DNA from: Candidatus Komeilibacteria bacterium RIFOXYD1_FULL_37_29
GTDB lineage: Bacteria > Patescibacteriota > Patescibacteriia > UBA1558 > GWA2-36-10
Assembly (NCBI GenBank): GCA_001818495.1
Contig: MHKS01000005.1
Span: forward strand, 12,288-76,287
DNA: 64,000 nucleotides
Direction of reading: 5' to 3'
Shown: positions 57,057-64,000 of the stretch, one piece after another
How the letters are laid out: every line of letters begins with the position of its first letter
Numbering within the stretch: position 1 is the first letter of the stretch
Program-made: the position numbers and the translations under genes
Notes under the pieces: model-generated
Database searches by the model: none
Seen by the model: only the letters and a program-made list of their open reading frames with translations
Told to the model about the DNA's origin: nothing

Positions 57057-58003
57057 AGATCATTAATCATTTTAGCAAAGAGTACTCTTTCCTGATTAGT
57101 GCTGGACTTAAATTTTTCGTCAATATATAAAAGATATTTATAGATAATTTTTAATTGAGGCAATGTATATAATTTGCTTTGCACATAAGTTTTTTCGGCC
57201 ACTATTTTTGGTATTTTTAGAACTTGCATCAGGGCAAAGTAGTTTTTGGCTTTATCTCCCAAGGCCTTGGTTTTGATGATTAGTCTATATTGACGGATAA
57301 TCATCGTCAGGATGTACTGATGATTCACTCCGCTGTTTATTTTTTCTTCCATTAGTCTTAGAGCCAGAGATTTGTCTTTGTTACCTAAAGCGTCAATTAA
57401 ATTGAAGATATTGTCGTCTATTTTAGCTTGGACCAATTCTTTAACTTCTTTGGCTCCTATTTCTCCGCTAGCAAAGTTACTTAATTTATTTATTTCTTGA
57501 TGCATTTGCCACAAGTTGTTGCCCACATAAGCAATTAAAAGATCCAAAGCGTTTGGGGTGATTGTTTTGGAGTTATTTACAAATTGTTTGTGGGTCCAAG
57601 ATTTTAATTGAGTTAGGTTGAGTGGTTCAAATTCCTCGCTAAATTTTATTTGGGATAATTTTTTATAAAGTTTTAAACGGGTGTCTGGCTTGTCGGTTTG
57701 TAAAAAAACAATATAATTTTCGTCCTGGCTGTCTTTTTGGTTGTTTAAAAATTTTAATAACTGCTCCTGCCAGTCTTTTAATTTTTTGTTGTGGAAAATA
57801 TTTTTTATGATAATCAATTTTTTGTCAGCCAAAAAACCCATCACAGACACTGCTTGGAAAAAATCCTCCGGTCCAATAATTTCTCCGTCGAGGACTTGGA
57901 TATTGTGTCCATGGGGATCGATTTTATCTTTAAATTTGTTTTTAATGGCCTCAACTTTTTGGTTGGCTCTAAAAGAGTCTTGGCCGTAGTAAAAAAATAA
58001 CAT
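57053..58003 (-). CDS. holA: DNA polymerase III delta subunit
   Basis: FFYYGQD, EINKL, NIFNLIDAL, D..FKS. Confidence 0.88.
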   Translation of the reverse strand: MLFFYYGQDSFRANQKVEAIKNKFKDKIDPHGHNIQVLDGEIIGPEDFFQAVSVMGFLADKKLIIIKNIFHNKKLKDWQEQLLKFLNNQKDSQDENYIVFLQTDKPDTRLKLYKKLSQIKFSEEFEPLNLTQLKSWTHKQFVNNSKTITPNALDLLIAYVGNNLWQMHQEINKLSNFASGEIGAKEVKELVQAKIDDNIFNLIDALGNKDKSLALRLMEEKINSGVNHQYILTMIIRQYRLIIKTKALGDKAKNYFALMQVLKIPKIVAEKTYVQSKLYTLPQLKIIYKYLLYIDEKFKSSTNQERVLFAKMINDL

Positions 58004-60730
58004 TTAGATAGCGTAGTTTTTTAATTCACCCCAATTTTTACCAATCTCCAAGTCAACACTTAAAGGGACCGGTAACTGATAGACTGATTCCATGGTTTTT
58101 TTGACAAATGTGGCTACTTTGTCCAGTTCCTTTTCCGGTACTTCTAAGACCAATTCATCGTGAACTTGTAGGACTATTTTAGAGCCAGGGCTTAGTTTTG
58201 GCAAGTCCTGACTGATACTTATCATAGCGAGCTTTATGAGGTCAGCGGCTGTTCCTTGGACGGGCATATTGATAGCCATGCGCTCGGCAGCGGCTCGGAG
58301 CATCGGCATAGAGGAGTTGATGTCGGGCAGGTAGCGACGACGGCCAAAAATAGTTTGGCTATAGCCGTTTTGGTGGGCAAAATTTTTGGTGTAGTCTATG
58401 TATTGTTTGATTTTTTTGTAAACATTAAAGTATTTTTCTATAAAGTCTTTGGCCTCATTGCGACTAAGGCCGGTTCTTTGAGCTAGACCCAATGATCCCA
58501 GACCGTATAAAATACCAAAGTTTATTTCCTTGGCTGTTCGGCGAATATCTTTGGTCACTTGATCTAGTTCTATCTTGTGTATTTCAGCAGCCGTGCGGGC
58601 GTGAATATCTTCTCCTCTTTGGAAAGCGGCGATCATTTTGGGGTCATTGGACAAAGCGGCCGCTAGGCGCAATTCAATTTGGGAGTAATCGGCGGACAGT
58701 AATATATGTTTGTCTGGTGCCACAAAAGCTTGGCGTATTTTTTTGCCCAATTCCGTACGGATAGGTATATTTTGTAAATTGGGGTTAGAGGATGATAAGC
58801 GGCCGGTAGCGGTAACGGTTTGGTTAAAGCTGGTATGTAGTCTATGGCTATGGCTATTTATTAATTCTGGTAAGGCTTTGATGTAGGTAGATTGCAATTT
58901 ACTGAGCTCTCGGTATTCTACTAGTAACGATATGATGGGATGGACACCTTTTAATTTATCTAGCTCGGAGGCAGCCGTTGATAGGCCGGTTTTGGTTTTT
59001 TTAATGCCGGAAACGCTTATGGCCATATCTTCAAATAGCACTTTTTTAAGTTGGGCTGGGGAGGCAATATTAAATTCTTTACCAGCTAATTTGTATATTT
59101 TTTCAGTTAATTTTTCTAGATCTTTTTTAAATTGTAGCTCCATGTTAGCTAAGAATTTTTTATCCAAACATATGCCGGCTAGTTCCATATCAGCCAAAGC
59201 GGGGATGAGGGGGATTTCTATTTTTTGTAGCAGTTCAAAATTTTTATCATTTTTCATTATTGCATAAATCTTCTCATATAATCTAAAAGTAATGTCAGCG
59301 TCTTCTGCTCCATACCAAGCCAATTTATCCGGGGCTATCTTTAAAATATCAATATCATTTTTTTTCTTGGGCTTTTCTTCCAAGAGATCTTCCAATTTTA
59401 ATTTTTTATAACCCAAATAAGCAAAGGCTAATTCTTCCAATTTTAAGCCCCGGTCATAATTGATCAGATAAGCAGCCACTAAAGTATCAAAAGATAAACC
59501 AGTCAGTTTAATATCAAGTACTCTTAAAACTTTATAGTCAAATTTTATATTATGACCAACTTTGGCTATTTTTTCATCTTCAAAAATTGGCTTTAATTTT
59601 TCTAGTACCAAATCATTAAATTTTTTATCACCCATTTGTATATAATAGGCTTCCTTGGCCTGCCAGCAAAAAGATAGACCTAGTAATTTTTTAGTCAGAA
59701 CATCTAAACCAGTGGTTTCAGTATCAAAAGCAAATATTTTTTGAAGTTTTAGCTTGGCGTAAAAATTTTTAAAAACCTCTTCATCTTTAATGATGGTATA
59801 ATTGTTATCTTGATTTTGAGAAAAAGCATTATTATTGATGTCTGACTGATTGTGAGGAATTTTATTTAGTAATGATTTAAATTCTAATTTTTGAAACACT
59901 TTATAAACATCTTCACTGTCAAATTGAGAAAACCTAGCTTCTTCCAAGGTCCAGTCCAGCGGTACATTTCTGACAATAGTCACCAGAGTCCGACTATCAT
60001 AAGCTTGTTGCTTTTGGTCTAGTAATAATTGTTTAGTTTTTTCTTTGATATCAGCACTATCGATTTTTTTGTACAAATTATCTAAGGAACCAAATTTTTT
60101 TATTAGCTCGGCGGCACCCTTTTCTCCAATACCTTTAACACCTTTGATGTTATCGGAAGTATCACCTTGAATAGCTTTTAGGTCTATCAATTGTTCTGGT
60201 TTTAGATCATAGCGCTTTTTAACAGCTGCTAAATCATAAGTAACAGTATCATTAAAACCTCTTTTGAGTGTTAGTACCTTGACGCGGTCGTTGACTAGTT
60301 GTAGAGCATCTAAGTCACCGGTAATAATAATAATTTCCAAATCTTTATATTTTTGATAGGCCTCTTGGCTAATAGTTCCAATGATATCATCAGCTTCAAA
60401 ACCAGCTTTAGTTAGAATAGGAATATTAAAAGCCGCCAAGACTTCTTTACTCAAAGGGAATTGCTCGTAAAATTCATCGGCCTGTTTAATTCGCTGGGCT
60501 TTATAGTCTTTATATTGCTCATGACGAAAAGTTTTTCCGGCTATATCAAAAGAAGCAATAATATATTCTGGTTTTAATTCCCTGAGAATATTTAAAAGTA
60601 GTGAAGTATAACCAAAAACAGCATTGACCATTAAACCGTCTTTGGTTTTGAGTGGTGGTATAGCATGCCAGGCCCGATGAAGTAGGGCGTTACTGTCTAT
60701 TATTACCAATTTTTTTAGCTTTTTAGTCAT
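58004..60730 (-). CDS. polA: DNA polymerase I
   Basis: 5'-3' exo (FEADD, GDTSDN), 3'-5' exo FDTET, ADYSQIELR, QVHDEL. Confidence 0.98.
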   Translation of the reverse strand: MTKKLKKLVIIDSNALLHRAWHAIPPLKTKDGLMVNAVFGYTSLLLNILRELKPEYIIASFDIAGKTFRHEQYKDYKAQRIKQADEFYEQFPLSKEVLAAFNIPILTKAGFEADDIIGTISQEAYQKYKDLEIIIITGDLDALQLVNDRVKVLTLKRGFNDTVTYDLAAVKKRYDLKPEQLIDLKAIQGDTSDNIKGVKGIGEKGAAELIKKFGSLDNLYKKIDSADIKEKTKQLLLDQKQQAYDSRTLVTIVRNVPLDWTLEEARFSQFDSEDVYKVFQKLEFKSLLNKIPHNQSDINNNAFSQNQDNNYTIIKDEEVFKNFYAKLKLQKIFAFDTETTGLDVLTKKLLGLSFCWQAKEAYYIQMGDKKFNDLVLEKLKPIFEDEKIAKVGHNIKFDYKVLRVLDIKLTGLSFDTLVAAYLINYDRGLKLEELAFAYLGYKKLKLEDLLEEKPKKKNDIDILKIAPDKLAWYGAEDADITFRLYEKIYAIMKNDKNFELLQKIEIPLIPALADMELAGICLDKKFLANMELQFKKDLEKLTEKIYKLAGKEFNIASPAQLKKVLFEDMAISVSGIKKTKTGLSTAASELDKLKGVHPIISLLVEYRELSKLQSTYIKALPELINSHSHRLHTSFNQTVTATGRLSSSNPNLQNIPIRTELGKKIRQAFVAPDKHILLSADYSQIELRLAAALSNDPKMIAAFQRGEDIHARTAAEIHKIELDQVTKDIRRTAKEINFGILYGLGSLGLAQRTGLSRNEAKDFIEKYFNVYKKIKQYIDYTKNFAHQNGYSQTIFGRRRYLPDINSSMPMLRAAAERMAINMPVQGTAADLIKLAMISISQDLPKLSPGSKIVLQVHDELVLEVPEKELDKVATFVKKTMESVYQLPVPLSVDLEIGKNWGELKNYAI

Positions 60731-60836
60731 AAAAAGTCATTTTTTATCTTAGTTTATCATAGCATTTTTACAGGCTAATACCAAATAGTTTAAGCTTGAC
60801 TTTATGAGTATTTATTGTATAATACTTGTGTTTTAA

Positions 60837-60913
60837 GCGGGTGTAGTTCAGTTGGCTAGAACATTTCCTTGCCAAGGAAAAGGTCGCCGGTTCGAGCCCG
60901 GTCACCCGCTCCA
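60837..60913 (+). tRNA. tRNA-Gly(GCC)
   Basis: GCGGGTG/CACCCGC stem, TT-GCC-AA loop, encoded CCA; promoter TTGACT-16-TATAAT at 60796-60823. Confidence 0.95.
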
Positions 60914-60949
60914 GTTTATTATATTAATGTAGTTATATTTAACAGTTGC

Positions 60950-61036
60950 GCCGGCGTGGTGGAATTGGTAGACACGCAGGACTTAAAATCCTGTGGCCGT
61001 AAGGTCGTATCGGTTCAAGTCCGATCGCCGGTACCA
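60950..61036 (+). tRNA. tRNA-Leu(TAA)
   Basis: CAGGA-CT-TAA-AA-TCCTG, long variable arm, encoded CCA. Confidence 0.95.
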
Positions 61037-61042
61037 GAGGAT

Positions 61043-61072
61043 AAAAAATCAGCTTAAGTAAAGCTGTTTTTT
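61043..61072. terminator. Terminator after the tRNA pair (usable in both directions)
   Basis: AAAAAAT-CAGCTT-aagta-AAGCTG-TTTTTT. Confidence 0.7.
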
Positions 61073-61273
61073 GTTATCGAAATTATTTAAGAAATTTATT
61101 ATTTTCTTCTCTAATTGTTAATGACGGCTATTTGTCTTTGTAGAAAAATTTTGTAGGGACTATTGTTGAATTTTAGTAGCTATTGTATAATATGGGTAGT
61201 TGAGCAGTAATAAATATTAATAATCCGCAGATTTTTGGCTGTTGTATGTCAAAATTTACGGTATAAAAATTGT

Positions 61274-62038
61274 ATGGAAATAGTTTTCATTTTTTGGCTA
61301 ATTTTAATTATCGGTTTCTTTATCCTCATTGGCCTGAGGATTGTCGATCAATATGAACGTGGTGTAGTGTTGACATTGGGAAAATATACCGGCACTCGTT
61401 CGCCTGGCCTAACTTGGATTTTTGTTGGAATTCAACGAATGATGAAAGTAGATTTACGTATTACAACGACCGATATACCGCAACAAGAAGTTATTACCAA
61501 AGATAATGTTCCCGTAGGTATAAATGCAGTGGTTTATTTTCAAGTGCAAAATGCTGAAAATGCTCTTTTGAATATCAAAGATTATACGACAGCCGTTTCG
61601 CAATATGCTCAAGCAGCCCTTCGCGATGTTATTGGTGCTATTGAGCTTGACCCTTTGCTTTCTGAAAGAGAAAAAATTGCTGAAGAAGTTCAAAAAATTG
61701 TCAGTGCCGCTACTCAATCATGGGGTATTTTGGTTACCGATATAAAAATTCAGGATATTGAGCTACCGGCCGACATGAAGCGTGTTATGGCTAAGCAAGC
61801 AGAATCAGAGCGAGAACGACGGGCTATTATTATTAGAGCTGAGGGAGAATTTCAAGCTTCTGAACGCTTGGCTCAAGCCGCTAAAGTGCTGGGCGCTACT
61901 CCAGGTGGTCTTTCTATGAGAACACTACAGACAATAGAAAAAATAAACCCAGACCCATCAAAGACTGTAATCTTTGCTCTGCCAGTTGAGGTGTTTGAGG
62001 GTATCAAAGCAATATCTCAAACAGTTAAATCTAAGTAA
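61274..62038 (+). CDS. SPFH/band 7 (stomatin-like) protein
   Basis: QYERGVV, QEVITKDNV, AKQAESERERRA; start at ATG 61274. Confidence 0.92.
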   Translation: MEIVFIFWLILIIGFFILIGLRIVDQYERGVVLTLGKYTGTRSPGLTWIFVGIQRMMKVDLRITTTDIPQQEVITKDNVPVGINAVVYFQVQNAENALLNIKDYTTAVSQYAQAALRDVIGAIELDPLLSEREKIAEEVQKIVSAATQSWGILVTDIKIQDIELPADMKRVMAKQAESERERRAIIIRAEGEFQASERLAQAAKVLGATPGGLSMRTLQTIEKINPDPSKTVIFALPVEVFEGIKAISQTVKSK

Positions 62039-62049
62039 TAAAAAAGCTG

Positions 62050-62994
62050 TTATTTTATCTCTTTGAGGAAAGACTCAGCTAATTGAGCAGTTTCTGCGCT
62101 AGCTTGATAAAAGTTTTTCCAGACGACGACTATATCAGCATCATTAAAAGTCGCTCGTTGGACTTCTCTTATTGTATCTCCTCCGGCGATAGCTACTAAT
62201 ATATTATAGTTTCCCTTAATTTGTTTTATTTGATAGTAGGGAATTTGTTTTTCTTTAGAAAATTCAGTCTCATCAACTCCTCTATGAAGTATTACTACAT
62301 CGGGGAGTTTTTTTAATTTTTTTAAAACAACTATCGCACTTTCAACATTCATCATATCAATCATTGAATCAACGTTGAATTTTTGGCATTCCTCTATAAA
62401 ATTATCAATTGTTTCAATCGGCGCTACTCCTAGACATGTTACGGCATTAGCGCCGGCAGTAGCCATCATTTCTACTTCGCGGGCGGCTAAGTCGGCACAT
62501 TTACTATCGGCTACTATATATGCTCCAATCGGAGCCATTGCTTTTATCCGTGATACAGCTTCCGTTCCGTATATTTTTATTAAAGGTGTTCCCGCTTCAA
62601 TTAAAATTCTATCGGAAGTCGGTAGTTGCCAAATAATTTCCCTTGCTTCTTCCAGAGTACTATTGAGGGCTACCTGAAGATATTTTTTCTTTTTTTCTAA
62701 TCGGGTTGTTTTATTGAATAATAAGCTAGGAATTTGCAACGGCATAGCAGATTTGAGGGAGCTGATTTTTTCTAAAATTGGTTGAGTATTGTTAGCTAAA
62801 CTGTTTGGTAGTTTATTTACTGTCTTTAGATAATTGGCAAAATCGGGATTTAAATATTTTAATTTTTTTCTTAAGAAAATCATAAGGGCAATTATACCAA
62901 TAAATCCCAAAATTGGATTTCTGAGCAAAATAATAATAAGACCAACAATTATTAGGACTGCTAGGTTAAGATTTCGGGGTTTTTTATTTTCCAT
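62050..62994 (-). CDS. HPS/KGPDC-like (OMP-decarboxylase fold) protein with N-terminal membrane anchor
   Basis: YLQVALN, IEAGTPLIK, ADSKCAD, LHRGVDE, IAGG; N-terminal TM hairpin. Confidence 0.8.
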   Translation of the reverse strand: MENKKPRNLNLAVLIIVGLIIILLRNPILGFIGIIALMIFLRKKLKYLNPDFANYLKTVNKLPNSLANNTQPILEKISSLKSAMPLQIPSLLFNKTTRLEKKKKYLQVALNSTLEEAREIIWQLPTSDRILIEAGTPLIKIYGTEAVSRIKAMAPIGAYIVADSKCADLAAREVEMMATAGANAVTCLGVAPIETIDNFIEECQKFNVDSMIDMMNVESAIVVLKKLKKLPDVVILHRGVDETEFSKEKQIPYYQIKQIKGNYNILVAIAGGDTIREVQRATFNDADIVVVWKNFYQASAETAQLAESFLKEIK

Positions 62995-62996
62995 AG

Positions 62997-63665
62997 TTAT
63001 TTAACCAATTTCAAAAATTCTCGCGCTAAATTAGCAGTATTTTTAGGGTTTTCATAAAAAGACTTCCAAATAACCGTAATATCAGCGTCATTAAAAAAGC
63101 TTCTCACTACATCGCGTGGCATTTCTCCACCAGCCACTGAGATTAGAACATTGCCGTAAGTGCCTTTGATGCGGTGAATTTGATCGTGTGGTATTTTTTT
63201 TCCATTTTTATTTTCATTTTCATCTACTCCGCGATGTAAAACAACTACAGTTGGAAGTTTTTTTAATTTTTGTAAAATCTCAAAGGGAAATTCTATATTC
63301 ATCATATCAACCATTGAATCAATGCCGGCTTTTTCACACTCCTTGATAAATTCATTTATAGTGGCTATTGGTGCCAAACCTAAACAAGTAGCGGCAGAAG
63401 CGCCAGCAGTAGCTACTGCCTCAACTTCCCGAGATCCCCTATCCATACATTTTAAATCAGCCACAATATAACCCGGTTTATGTATTTTTTCACTCCACCA
63501 GTTTTTTAAGGTACTGATGCCACTCTGTCCATATTTTTTAATAAAAGGAGTACCGGCTTCAATAATTATTTTTTCCGAAGCCGGAAGTAGGGTAATCATT
63601 TCTCTGACATCAGCCAGAGAACGATTAAAAGCAATTTGTAGATATTTTGATTTGCGATTTAGCAT
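62997..63665 (-). CDS. HPS/KGPDC-like (OMP-decarboxylase fold) protein
   Basis: YLQIAFN, IEAGTPFIK, ADLKCMD, LHRGVDE, VAGG. Confidence 0.82.
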   Translation of the reverse strand: MLNRKSKYLQIAFNRSLADVREMITLLPASEKIIIEAGTPFIKKYGQSGISTLKNWWSEKIHKPGYIVADLKCMDRGSREVEAVATAGASAATCLGLAPIATINEFIKECEKAGIDSMVDMMNIEFPFEILQKLKKLPTVVVLHRGVDENENKNGKKIPHDQIHRIKGTYGNVLISVAGGEMPRDVVRSFFNDADITVIWKSFYENPKNTANLAREFLKLVK

Positions 63666-63744
63666 AGTATTATAGATTATTATATCTAATTTTTAATAAA
63701 TTGCCCAGCCATAGTAAAATTTTAAAAAATGAATTTTACTATCT

Positions 63745-63768
63745 AAAAAATCGTCTAAAAAGACGATT
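63745..63768 (-). terminator. Terminator after tRNA-Cys
   Basis: AATCGTCT-aaaa-AGACGATT with a minus-strand T tract. Confidence 0.7.
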
Positions 63769-63822
63769 CGATTGGACCAAATCCCTTTCTACCTACCGGC
63801 AGGTAGGGGTGAAGAGTTTGGT

Positions 63823-63897
<75 letters not shown>

Positions 63898-64000
63898 TTA
63901 GGTATGCTAATTTATCAAATTATTTTACTTTAGGCAAGCCTTACAATCAGGAAAATTTTTCTTTAAACTCATTGATTTCTCGGACGAAAAAACCATAACC

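Noticed and set aside
60869-61057. 62-aa ORF
   Set aside because: It lies over tRNA-Gly and tRNA-Leu.

Overview
AT-rich chromosomal window that contains the replication origin. It most likely comes from a Patescibacteria/CPR genome of Parcubacteria/ABY1 type; this is inferred from the VirB2-like pilins, short YidC, Ig-tailed PBP and gene content. It uses standard genetic code 11. Left to right it holds: gdh-trxB-trxA under a CsoR-family regulator; the yidC-yidD-rnpA-rpmH / dnaA-dnaN origin locus with a bipartite oriC; U32-ferredoxin; ruvA-femX-NTase-murE; rpoBC; ftsK-rodZ-recA; a surface-glycan/pilin locus; yebC-ruvC in one operon with an alpha-glucan cluster; tyrS; PBP1A; a cytidylyltransferase-TruB fusion; rpsT, alkD, holA and polA; four tRNAs; an SPFH gene; and two HPS-like paralogues. 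I found no CRISPR array, integrase or transposase. The best leads are (1) a GlgC-less two-synthase glucan cluster carrying two unexplained kinases, (2) a soluble plus membrane-anchored HPS-like pair with a remodelled phosphate site, (3) the RibL-like::TruB fusion, (4) a CsoR-like repressor lacking two copper ligands whose operator sits over the thioredoxin promoter, (5) several ORF-less promoter-to-terminator units (candidate sRNAs or attenuators) and (6) a pilin/orphan solute-binding-protein/glycosylation locus. All calls were made by eye from motifs; no database searches were run, so novelty is unverified.
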